A DNA stretch of 64,000 nt, taken from assembly GCA_051859245.1 (NCBI GenBank), contig JBHYGA010000001.1:64001-128000 (forward strand), read 5' to 3'. A program made the translations under genes and the position numbers. Positions 1 through 8,659 of this stretch are shown piece by piece. Each line of letters starts with the position of its first letter. Positions within the stretch are counted from its first letter, which is position 1. The notes below the pieces were generated by a model. That model saw only the letters and a program-made list of their open reading frames with translations. It was not told where the DNA came from and made no database searches. The DNA comes from Gemmatimonadaceae bacterium. GTDB taxonomy: Bacteria; Gemmatimonadota; Gemmatimonadetes; Gemmatimonadales; Gemmatimonadaceae.

Positions 1-92
1 AAGCGAATGCGGGCCCGCACCTTTCGGTGCTGCCGTCCAGCTTCGCGCAACGTGGACTCCACTGTCGAAATGGGAATGGACAGATCGGTCAT
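1..92 (-). CDS. 5' fragment of a hypothetical protein running off the left window edge (MTDLSIPISTVESTLREAGRQHRKVRARIR...)
   Basis: ATG at 92-90 on the minus strand with a GGAGG Shine-Dalgarno (cctcc at 98-102); open to the window edge; divergent from the amine oxidase. Confidence 0.55.
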   Translation of the reverse strand, partial: MTDLSIPISTVESTLREAGRQHRKVRARIR

Positions 93-353
93 CGAAACCT
101 CCAGCGAAGGGAATCTTGGATCGGTACGCGTTCCCGCGTTCCAGCGGTGAGCGTGAGTCAGCTCACCATGACGCATTCTCGCACGGGCGCCTGCCCGAAG
201 CAAGCCGCAGCAGAAATGTGACCCGATCGTTGCGGTGCGGAGCGGATGCGATACTCAGTGAACACTGTGTGAACGGAACTGTTCCGCAACCCTTGTCTGA
301 TCGCGCACGGGTGAGGAAGTTTGGCCGACCATTTGCCAAACGGAGATCTCGCC

Positions 354-1970
354 GTGTCCCGAACACCACTGTTTTCGCTCATCCGTCGTTCGCTGCAACT
401 CGCGCGACACGCAGCACTTACCAACACGCCCGCCGCCGATGTGCACGACGAGTGGCGGGAGCGGTCCGCTCTGACGCGACGGCACTTCGTTGCGGGATCA
501 TCGGCCGCCGTCGCGCTGTTCGCAGCCGGCGCGTGTGCGCCGCCGAGCCGCGCTGGAGGATCGGCCGGCGTGCGGGCGGCGCCATCGCGCGTGAATGATG
601 GAGAGCCGGTGGTGATCGTAGGCGCCGGCATTGCGGGGCTCACGTGTGCGTACCGGTTGCGACAGGCGGGCATTGCCGTACGAGTAATCGAAGCACAGTC
701 GCGTACGGGCGGACGCATGTTCTCGCTGCGCAATCATTTCGCTGACGGACAGGTGTGCGAGCTCGGCGGTGAACTCATCGATACGGGACACACCCACATT
801 CGGTCGTTGGCGCAGGAACTGAACATTCCGCTCAACGATCTCGCAACGGACGATCCCGCGCTCGACGAAACCGTCTGGCATGTGGACGGTGCGAAGCGCA
901 GCGAAGAAGATGTGATCGAGGCGTTTCTTCCGCTCGCCAAACGGATTCTTGCCACACTCGAGCCATTTGGCGACGAGTTTGATCCCACGGCGCTCGCGCC
1001 CCAAGGTGCCGAGTCGCTCGATCGCCTGACGCTGGCGGAATGGTTTGACCGCGAAGGTGTGTCTGGATGGCTGCGCAAGCTGCTCGACGTTGCGTACACC
1101 ACGGAGTACGGTCTCGAACCGCATCGACAGTCGGCGCTCAACTTTCTGTTGATGATCGATCCCGACGCGCCGCCGTTCCGCGTGTTCGGCGAGAGTGATG
1201 AGCGTTTTCACGTGCAGGGTGGCAATGATCGCATTGTCAGTACGCTGGCTGAACGCGTCGCCGATCAGATCGAAACGAACACCGTGCTGGAAGCGGTAAC
1301 ACGGCGTGCAGACGGGCGGCACACACTCACCTTTCGGCGTGACAGCGGTGTGCGCACCGTGATTGCACGACACGTGGTGCTCGCCATGCCCTTCACCGTG
1401 TTGCGTGATGTGCAGCTCGATGTGCCCATGTCGCCCGCCAAACGTCGCGCGATTGCCGAGCTGGGCTACGGTACGAACGCCAAGTTGATGATTGGGTTCT
1501 CATCGCGACCGTGGCGCGAACAGCACGGATCCAATGGCAGTGTGGTCACGGATCTGCCGTTTCAGCTCGTGTGGGAAACAAGTCGACTGCAACCGGGCCG
1601 CGCGGGGATTCTTACAAACTTCAGTGGTGGCGAACACGGAGTCGCGGTGGCTCAGGGCAGCGCCACGGAACAGGCCAACGCACTGGTGCGCGACCTGGAG
1701 AAGATCTTTCCCGGCGTGCAAGCGGCGCGCGAGGGCATGACCGAGGCGCGGTTTCACTGGCCCACCAATCGATGGGTACGTGGGAGCTACGCGAGCTTTC
1801 TCGCGGGACAGTGGACGACGGTGCGCGGGCTTGAGGCGCAGTCAGTGGACACACTGCACTTCGCGGGCGAACACTGTTCGCTCGACGCGCAGGGCTACAT
1901 GGAGGGTGGGTGCGAAACCGGGGAGCAAGCCGCCACGCGAATTGTCGAAGCGCTCGTGGGCGCTCAATGA
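354..1970 (+). CDS. Flavin monoamine oxidase family FAD-dependent oxidoreductase, probably Tat-exported
   Basis: VVIVGAGIAGL FAD-binding motif, EAQSRTGGR, ELGGELI, C-terminal HFAGEH...GYMEGG; TRRHFV Tat-like motif; GTG at 354 after GGAG chosen over TTG at 321. Confidence 0.9.
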   Translation: MSRTPLFSLIRRSLQLARHAALTNTPAADVHDEWRERSALTRRHFVAGSSAAVALFAAGACAPPSRAGGSAGVRAAPSRVNDGEPVVIVGAGIAGLTCAYRLRQAGIAVRVIEAQSRTGGRMFSLRNHFADGQVCELGGELIDTGHTHIRSLAQELNIPLNDLATDDPALDETVWHVDGAKRSEEDVIEAFLPLAKRILATLEPFGDEFDPTALAPQGAESLDRLTLAEWFDREGVSGWLRKLLDVAYTTEYGLEPHRQSALNFLLMIDPDAPPFRVFGESDERFHVQGGNDRIVSTLAERVADQIETNTVLEAVTRRADGRHTLTFRRDSGVRTVIARHVVLAMPFTVLRDVQLDVPMSPAKRRAIAELGYGTNAKLMIGFSSRPWREQHGSNGSVVTDLPFQLVWETSRLQPGRAGILTNFSGGEHGVAVAQGSATEQANALVRDLEKIFPGVQAAREGMTEARFHWPTNRWVRGSYASFLAGQWTTVRGLEAQSVDTLHFAGEHCSLDAQGYMEGGCETGEQAATRIVEALVGAQ

Positions 1971-1986
1971 ACGTGGCGGACGTTCG

Positions 1987-4578
1987 TCATTCGCTTGCCA
2001 CGGGCGCGAGCACTGCGGTGAGTTGCTCGATCGTCACGGGCTTCGCGAAGTGGTGATGAAAGCCGGCCTCCCGTGCGCGTCGTTGATCGTTTGAGGTCGC
2101 ATATCCCGTGAGCGCGACGAGTCGAGTCGTCGCGAACGCCGGATCCTTCGAAACCTGCGCGGCAACTTCGTAGCCGCTCGCGTCTGGCAGTCCGATATCG
2201 CAGATCAAGACATCAGGTTGGAGCGTTCGCATCATCTCCAGCCCGGACGCCGCGGTATGTGCGACAACCACATCGTGTCCGGCCACTTCGAGGGCGTAGC
2301 GCAACGTCTCCGCGGCGTCGACGTTGTCTTCAATGATCTGGACGCGACTTGCGCGCGCCAGAGCGCTCGGTGACAACGAGGCACTCGCATCGTCACGGGC
2401 CTGCGCCGCCGTATCGCCAGCCACTTCGAGCGGCAGGGTCACAACGAATGTTGAACCGTGACCCATACCTGCGCTGCGCGCGTCCACGGTACCGCCGTGC
2501 ATCTCAACAATCGAGCGTACGAGTGACAATCCGAGACCGAGTCCACCGTCACGGCTTGCTGGACGGAACGCCTGTACGAATGGTCGGAAGAGCCTCGGGA
2601 GCACGTCCGGTGCAATGCCCTCGCCGTGGTCGACGATTCGTACCGAGGCGCGAGCGGGTGCGTCATGCAGACTCACCGTCAGCAGCACTTCTCCGCCGTC
2701 AGGACTCGCTTTCACCGCATTGTCGATCAAGTTGCAGAGCACTTGCGAAATACGATTGCAGTCTGCATCGAGGCAGACCGGCGTTTCGGGCGCGACGAGG
2801 GTGAGGATCACGTTGGCGCGCGCGGCGGATATGCGTTGGTCTTCCACGCAGTCGCGTACAACTTGCGAGAGGTCGATGCGCGCCAAACGAAGTTTGAATT
2901 TGTTTTGCTTGATGCGCGTGATGTCGAGCAAATCGTCGGTCAGACGCTGCAGCTGACGCATCTGTCGCTGCATGATATCGAGTGCCCGCGCGGACGAAAA
3001 AGTGCCATGGCCGTTCTCCGACTCGCGCAACACGAACAGACTATTGGAGATGGTGGCCAGCGGATTCCGCAGTTCGTGCGCGAGTAAACCGATAAAGTCG
3101 TCTTTACGCTTGTCGACCTCTGAAAGTGCCTCTCCCTGCGATCGCAGCGTCTCGGCCTGCAGCTGCAGGTCTTCGTTTTGCGCGCGGATTTCTTCGCTCT
3201 GTGCCTGCAGTTCTTCGTTCTGCGCCTGGATTTCTTCTCCCTGCGATTGCAGTTCTTCATTCTGGACTTGCAGTTCTTCGCGCTGCGCCTGAATCAGCTC
3301 GTTCGCAGCGGTCGCGTCTTCGAGCAGTCGCTGGTTCTGTTCAAACGCGCGCACATTGTCGAACCCGACCGCCAGTTGTTGCGCAGCCCCCTCCACGAAC
3401 TGCACCGCATCCTCATCCAGCTCGCGCAACGATGCGAGGACAATCACACCGAGCACTTCATGGCGATACAGCAGGGGGACAGAGACGACGCTGCGTGCCG
3501 GTGCACGATCAAATCCAATACGCACCTGAAAGGCGCTGTCATCGGGAATGCCGCGAATCCTTATGGTCTTGCGCTCACGGGCGCTGTCGTTGGGAACGCC
3601 CTGCGCCTCGGGCAACTCCGGCGGCTCCACGCCGAGTCCACGCGATGCAACGGGGGTGAGCGTGGTTCCCGCGGTGCAGGCGTACACCACGCCGAGCTCC
3701 GCCTGCACGTGCTCGCCGATCGCCTCAAGTGCGCATTTCGCGATCAGTGCCGTTGACAGGCCGGCGGCGGCCGCGCTCGCCACCGCGCGACCGGCTTCCA
3801 GCCGACGCTCGCGCAGCTCAATGGCGGCGGCTGCGCTGCCAAAGGCGGCGCGAAGCTGCATCAGCTCATTGCGTGATCGTGCATCCGTGGGATCCACCGA
3901 CATACTGAGCGCGGCCCGCCAGTCAGAGGCGGACATGGCGCGCGCTGCGCGCAGGAGGTCGCGAGCCGGCCGGCGAACGGAGATCGCAATCAGACTGGCG
4001 ATCACGACAAATGCCAACAGGCTCACCACCGAAGCCGCCGTTACGGCGCTGCGCACGGCTTGCTGTGCCGATGCCATCGCGTTCATCGATTGGCCGACGG
4101 CCGTGCGATGATCCCCGATGAACCGATCAAGATCGTCCGTGAATGCCAGACGCCGGTCGCGAAGCGCATTCTGCGCGTCATCACCCATGCGCGCCCCGAC
4201 CGTTTCCTGGGCGGCGATCAGATACGTGTCGATCCGCTGCGCAATAGACACGAACGTGCCGTCGTTTGCTGTCAGCTGTCGCAGTCGTGCCAACTGTTCG
4301 CGTGCAGCCTGCAGATCACTGCCAAACGTCAGTCTGTTTTCTTCCGTCGGTGCGATCTGCACAGCACGTGCCGCGACCGCGACTGCGAGTACGCGTCCGC
4401 GCAAGTTGAGCGCCGCTTCAAGGCGTGGCGCGTGCCGCGTGGTGAACTGTTGCTCGGCCCGCTCGCTGCGCTGGTTGACATGCCGCACCATCAACAACGC
4501 CGCGATATTGATGCCCAGCAGCAGCACGAATCCGACACCGAGTCGTTGCGCGATGCTCAGGTTTGCCCCTCCGCTCAT
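1987..4578 (-). CDS. Membrane hybrid sensor histidine kinase (2 TM, GAF, coiled coil, HisKA, HATPase, receiver)
   Basis: LAHELRNPL H-box, NLIDNAVK N-box, DHGEGI, GLGLGL, receiver IIEDN...CDIGLP...FAKP; ATG at 4578 overlaps the CheR stop (ATGA). Confidence 0.92.
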   Translation of the reverse strand: MSGGANLSIAQRLGVGFVLLLGINIAALLMVRHVNQRSERAEQQFTTRHAPRLEAALNLRGRVLAVAVAARAVQIAPTEENRLTFGSDLQAAREQLARLRQLTANDGTFVSIAQRIDTYLIAAQETVGARMGDDAQNALRDRRLAFTDDLDRFIGDHRTAVGQSMNAMASAQQAVRSAVTAASVVSLLAFVVIASLIAISVRRPARDLLRAARAMSASDWRAALSMSVDPTDARSRNELMQLRAAFGSAAAAIELRERRLEAGRAVASAAAAGLSTALIAKCALEAIGEHVQAELGVVYACTAGTTLTPVASRGLGVEPPELPEAQGVPNDSARERKTIRIRGIPDDSAFQVRIGFDRAPARSVVSVPLLYRHEVLGVIVLASLRELDEDAVQFVEGAAQQLAVGFDNVRAFEQNQRLLEDATAANELIQAQREELQVQNEELQSQGEEIQAQNEELQAQSEEIRAQNEDLQLQAETLRSQGEALSEVDKRKDDFIGLLAHELRNPLATISNSLFVLRESENGHGTFSSARALDIMQRQMRQLQRLTDDLLDITRIKQNKFKLRLARIDLSQVVRDCVEDQRISAARANVILTLVAPETPVCLDADCNRISQVLCNLIDNAVKASPDGGEVLLTVSLHDAPARASVRIVDHGEGIAPDVLPRLFRPFVQAFRPASRDGGLGLGLSLVRSIVEMHGGTVDARSAGMGHGSTFVVTLPLEVAGDTAAQARDDASASLSPSALARASRVQIIEDNVDAAETLRYALEVAGHDVVVAHTAASGLEMMRTLQPDVLICDIGLPDASGYEVAAQVSKDPAFATTRLVALTGYATSNDQRRAREAGFHHHFAKPVTIEQLTAVLAPVASE

Positions 4579-5450
4579 GCGGCACACTCCGAGGCGCGTT
4601 GGTGAAACACCCGGCTCCGCGGCGACGAGGAGAAGAGGCCGCTGGCCGCGGGACCGCAAGGCCATTCCGCCTCGCCCACGCACAGGAATCCGGCTGGTGC
4701 AAGCGCTCGTTGCAAACGAAGAAACGTTCGCTCCTGAGCCGCGCGCTGAAAGTAGATCATCACGTTCCGGCAGCAAATCAGATCGAACGCGCCCTCACCG
4801 GGAGCGGGATGCGCTGAGAGCAGGTCGTGCGTCGCAAAGCGAACCAGACCCTGCAACTCGGCGTTCACGAGGACGCTGCTCTCGCCCAGGCGGTGCGTGA
4901 GATAGCGGCCAGCCAGCGCCGGAGGCAGCGCCCGAGTTGCGTCGATGCTGTACTGTGCCCGACGCGCAAATGTCAGTGCGGTAGCGTCAATGTCAGTCGC
5001 CTCGATGATCCCGTCGATGCGCTGTGCGTGCAGCAGCATCGCAAGCGTCCACGCTTCTTCCCCGCGCCCACAGCCGGCACTCCATATCCGGAGCGGGCGA
5101 AATCGCGCCGCCTCGGACAACGCCGGAAGAATGCGCGTCTGCAGCAAAGTGAACACGTCAGGATTTCGATAGAACTCGCTCACCTTGATTGAAATGCGCT
5201 GCAGCAACGAGTGCGCTTCGTCAGGCGCGCGCGCGATCCGCTGCGCATACAAATCAACGCTTGGCGACGCAATCGACAGCATGCGGTTGCGAATGCGACG
5301 TTCAACCGTGGACCGGCGGTACTCGCGAACGTCAACTCCGGTGTGATGGCGCAGCGCGTCAATGATGGCGTCGATCTGCGCATCATCTCCGTCCGATCCC
5401 AGGCGGCCCGCTTCGGACTGCGGAGGACATACATCGTCGTCGATCATCAC
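4575..5450 (-). CDS. cheR: CheR-type protein-glutamate O-methyltransferase
   Basis: YRRSTVERRI, ISIKVSEFYRN, IWSAGCGRGEEAW, ATDID, HDLL, FDLICCRNVMIYF, LCVGEAE. Confidence 0.88.
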   Translation of the reverse strand: MMIDDDVCPPQSEAGRLGSDGDDAQIDAIIDALRHHTGVDVREYRRSTVERRIRNRMLSIASPSVDLYAQRIARAPDEAHSLLQRISIKVSEFYRNPDVFTLLQTRILPALSEAARFRPLRIWSAGCGRGEEAWTLAMLLHAQRIDGIIEATDIDATALTFARRAQYSIDATRALPPALAGRYLTHRLGESSVLVNAELQGLVRFATHDLLSAHPAPGEGAFDLICCRNVMIYFQRAAQERTFLRLQRALAPAGFLCVGEAEWPCGPAASGLFSSSPRSRVFHQRASECAA

Positions 5451-5590
5451 TTGGCTATTGGCGGCGAGGCGCTTTCGTGCGATGGCACGGCGCAGTCTGC
5501 GACGGTTTGCGTAGCCATGGCGTCAACCCGAAAATAGTCAGTTCTGAGACTGTGCCTATTGCACTTAAGGGCTAGACACAACTGTCGTGT

Positions 5591-5638
5591 TCGGCACCGA
5601 AGCCGCTCGGCACCGCAGGCGCTCGGTACGGCGGGTGC
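5591..5638. repeat. Three degenerate 16-bp tandem repeats
   Basis: tcggcaccgaagccgc / tcggcaccgcaggcgc / tcggtacggcgggtgc, ending 5 bp before the palindromic element. Confidence 0.7.
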
Positions 5639-5643
5639 TCGCC

Positions 5644-5884
5644 GTTGCAGTTCCTGATTCGGTCATTCGGCCCACGTGCAGGAGCCCACGGCCATTTGGC
5701 CTTTCGGCCTCACCGTTTCGAAGCGTCGCACCCAGAGAAAATGCAACCCGGAGCTCAGCGCTATTGGCGCAGATCCTCCGGGCTGTTTTGTATCAGTGTG
5801 CGAACTTTCGAAACGGTGAGGCCGAAAGGCCAAATGGCCGTGGGCTCCGTCTACTGGGCCGAATGACCGAATCAGAACTGCAAC
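5644..5884. repeat. ~240-bp long inverted-repeat (rod-like hairpin) element, copy A; REP/MITE-like or structured RNA
   Basis: Outer arms gttgcagtt(c)ctgattcggtcattcggccca / tgggccgaatgaccgaatcagaactgcaac; a perfect 42-bp inner stem; further pairing to the apex; related copy at 13021. Confidence 0.9.
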
Positions 5885-8427
5885 TACACCCCAACCAACT
5901 CCGGCTCCTCAACCGCCTCGTGCACCCCACCGCCAACCAGCGCGATCTTGAGCACTTCCTGCAGTGTCTCGACCGGATGAAACGTCAGCGTATCCTTCAC
6001 ATCCTGCGGGACATCCTCAAGGTCATCAAAGTTGCTCTTGGGCAGAATGATGGTCGTGACGCCGGCACGATGCGCGCCGAGCACTTTTTCCTTGAGCCCA
6101 CCAATCGGGAGCACACGTCCGCGCAGCGTGATTTCACCTGTCATCGCGACATCGCGCCGCACTTTGCGATTCGACATTTCTGACACAAGCGCGGTGGCAA
6201 TCGCAATGCCGGCACTCGGGCCATCTTTGGGAATGGCACCAGCGGGCACGTGAATGTGTGCTTCGCTCGCACTCGCGATGCGTTCCGCCGGAATGCCCAG
6301 CACATCGGCATTGTTCGTCGCGTACGTGAGCGCCGCGCGCGCACTCTCCTTCATCACGTCACCAAGCTGACCGGTGAGAATGAGTGAAATCGGGCCAACG
6401 CGCACATTCTCCGACTCCTCACTATCGCGAGGCCGTGACACCGCACCACGACGAATGGACGCTTCCACGAACATGATGTCGCCGCCCATGGGCGTGTAGT
6501 ACATGCCAGAGGCAATGCCGACCTCGTCGTGCTCGGCTACATGCTCCGGATGCACCTTCGGTCGACCCAGCAGCTCTCGCACCTCTTCGGAGCTCACGCG
6601 ATTGTCCGCCAGCACGGCTTCGTCGCCAGAGGCCACGCGACGCGCGACCTTGCGCGCCACCGCACCCAGCTGACGCTCAAGCTGTCGCACACCAGACTCG
6701 CGCGTGTATTCGGTGATCACCTTGTTCACCGCGTCGTCATCAAAGGTGAGATTGCGGCCTGACAATCCCGATTCTTCGAGTTGACGCGGAATCAGATACT
6801 TCTTGGCGATTTCCAGCTTTTCGCGCTCGGTGTAGCCACTGAAATCCACCACTTCCATACGATCAAGCAGCGGACCGGGAATATTCTGCACAAAGTTTGA
6901 CGTCGCGATGAACAACACTTCGCTCAGATCAAACGGAATGCCGAGATAGTGATCGGTGAACGAATCGTTCTGCGCCGGATCAAGCACTTCCAGCAACGCG
7001 CTCGACGGATCGCCCTGGAACGACGAACCGAGCTTGTCAATTTCGTCGAGCAGGAAGACCGGATTCTTTGTGCCGGCCTGCTTCATGCCGGCCACAATTC
7101 GACCGGGCAGCGCACCCACGTACGTACGACGATGTCCGCGGATGTCCGCTTCATCGCGCGCACCACCAAGCGCCACGCGCACGTACTCACGACCGAGGGC
7201 TCGCGCCACCGACTTCGCGATCGACGTTTTGCCGACGCCTGGCGGGCCGGTGAAGAGCAGAATCGGGCCCTTCGCCATTGCGCGCGCTTTCGCCTCGCGC
7301 GTATCGGTGATGGCGCGGTCCTCGTGTGCTTTGCCGCTGTCCTCATCACGCAATTTCGACGCGGGAAACTCGCCCGTGGTCGCCACTTCTTCGGCTAACT
7401 GCTGCGCGCGAAGCTGACGCACCGCGAGGAACTCCAGCACGCGATCCTTGACGTCCTTGAGACCGTAGTGGTCGTCGTCAAGAATGTGCTGCGCACCGGC
7501 CAGATCGAGGTGATCATCCGACCGCGTATTCCACGGCAACTCAGCGATCCACTCCAGATACGTGCGAATGACCTGCGCTTCCATGGATTCGCGTCCCGTG
7601 CGCTCAAGACGCCCAAGTTCTCGCTCCACTTCCGCGCGCGCTTCTTTCGGGAGCTGCAGCGCGTTCAGCTTCTCACGCAGCTCCTCGATTTCCTTGGACT
7701 GATCGTCGTCGCCCAGCTCTTTCTGAATCGCCTTGAGCTGTTCGCGCAAGAACATTTCGCGCTGCCGCTCGCCCAGCTCCTCCTGGACCTGCGACTTGAT
7801 GTCTTCCTGCGCCTCAAGCAGCCCGATCTGACGCTGCACGTGCACCAGCACACGGCGCAGGCGCTCTTCAACAGAGAGCGTCTCCAGCAGCCCCTGTTTT
7901 TCGGGCACGGTCAGTTCGATGTAGCCGGCCACCAGATCCGAGAACCGGCCCGGTTCGGTGACTGAGTCCAGCACCTGGTGCAGCACTTCTTCGGGCAAGC
8001 CGCGCTTTTCGCCCAGCTCGGCGGCCCGCTCGCGCGTTTCCTTGTGTAACGCCTCGAAGGCCGGATCCTTGGGCTCCAGCGGCAGCATTTCATCGGCCGC
8101 GACCACCACCGCCTGCAAATGGCCGTCCGACTCCGAGTAGTGCAGGGCGGTGGCCCGCTGCTCGCCCTGGAGCAGCAACTGCACGCCGCCCAGACCGCGC
8201 TGGATCTGTCCGATCCGGGCAATCACGCCCATGCTATAGAGAATGTCCGAAGACGGTTCCTCGGTATTGTCTCGCTGGGCCACCGCAAAAACGACCCGGT
8301 CGCCCTTCAAGGCGGCCTCGATCGCTCGCAAGGTGCCCGGGCGTCCCGCGGCAATCGGCGCGGTGATACCTGGGAACATGACCGTCCCACGGAGGGGCAG
8401 GACGGGAAGGGTTTGACGCTCGCCCAT
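5884..8427 (-). CDS. lon: ATP-dependent Lon protease (endopeptidase La)
   Basis: LPVLPLR N-domain, GPPGVGKT Walker A, RGHRRTYVGA, LLDEIDK, PKDGPSAG catalytic Ser, GGLKEK Lys; ATG at 8427 after AGGAAG. Confidence 0.97.
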   Translation of the reverse strand: MGERQTLPVLPLRGTVMFPGITAPIAAGRPGTLRAIEAALKGDRVVFAVAQRDNTEEPSSDILYSMGVIARIGQIQRGLGGVQLLLQGEQRATALHYSESDGHLQAVVVAADEMLPLEPKDPAFEALHKETRERAAELGEKRGLPEEVLHQVLDSVTEPGRFSDLVAGYIELTVPEKQGLLETLSVEERLRRVLVHVQRQIGLLEAQEDIKSQVQEELGERQREMFLREQLKAIQKELGDDDQSKEIEELREKLNALQLPKEARAEVERELGRLERTGRESMEAQVIRTYLEWIAELPWNTRSDDHLDLAGAQHILDDDHYGLKDVKDRVLEFLAVRQLRAQQLAEEVATTGEFPASKLRDEDSGKAHEDRAITDTREAKARAMAKGPILLFTGPPGVGKTSIAKSVARALGREYVRVALGGARDEADIRGHRRTYVGALPGRIVAGMKQAGTKNPVFLLDEIDKLGSSFQGDPSSALLEVLDPAQNDSFTDHYLGIPFDLSEVLFIATSNFVQNIPGPLLDRMEVVDFSGYTEREKLEIAKKYLIPRQLEESGLSGRNLTFDDDAVNKVITEYTRESGVRQLERQLGAVARKVARRVASGDEAVLADNRVSSEEVRELLGRPKVHPEHVAEHDEVGIASGMYYTPMGGDIMFVEASIRRGAVSRPRDSEESENVRVGPISLILTGQLGDVMKESARAALTYATNNADVLGIPAERIASASEAHIHVPAGAIPKDGPSAGIAIATALVSEMSNRKVRRDVAMTGEITLRGRVLPIGGLKEKVLGAHRAGVTTIILPKSNFDDLEDVPQDVKDTLTFHPVETLQEVLKIALVGGGVHEAVEEPELVGV

Positions 8428-8659
8428 AAATGACTTCCTGGCTCGGGAGAAAAGAGAATGTGCATGACAGGAGCACGATTCGCACCCACCCAAGTGTGCC
8501 ACCGTGGCAGACTCTGCAACTTTCCCATGACCTCGTGACGTAGTGCTCCCTACCCGGCTGCCGACTCGGCGGACCGGCTGTTGTATCGCTGTCTCGTTGT
8601 GCTACACTACCACGACCTATCAGGTCGACTCCCTGTTTCTGTCCCTGGATCCCAAGCGC

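Noticed and set aside
5447..5518. 23-codon minus-strand small ORF (MATQTVADCAVPSHESASPPIAK) whose stop overlaps the cheR start
   Set aside because: No Shine-Dalgarno and no other support; may be chance; would need Ribo-seq or conservation data
5587..6183. 198-aa ORF through the palindrome as a possible transposase or cargo gene
   Set aside because: It reads through the repeat and antisense into lon; no HUH or DDE motifs, and copy B does not preserve it
8480..8525. TGGCA motifs between lon and the kinase as sigma54 promoters
   Set aside because: GG/GC spacing is wrong on both strands
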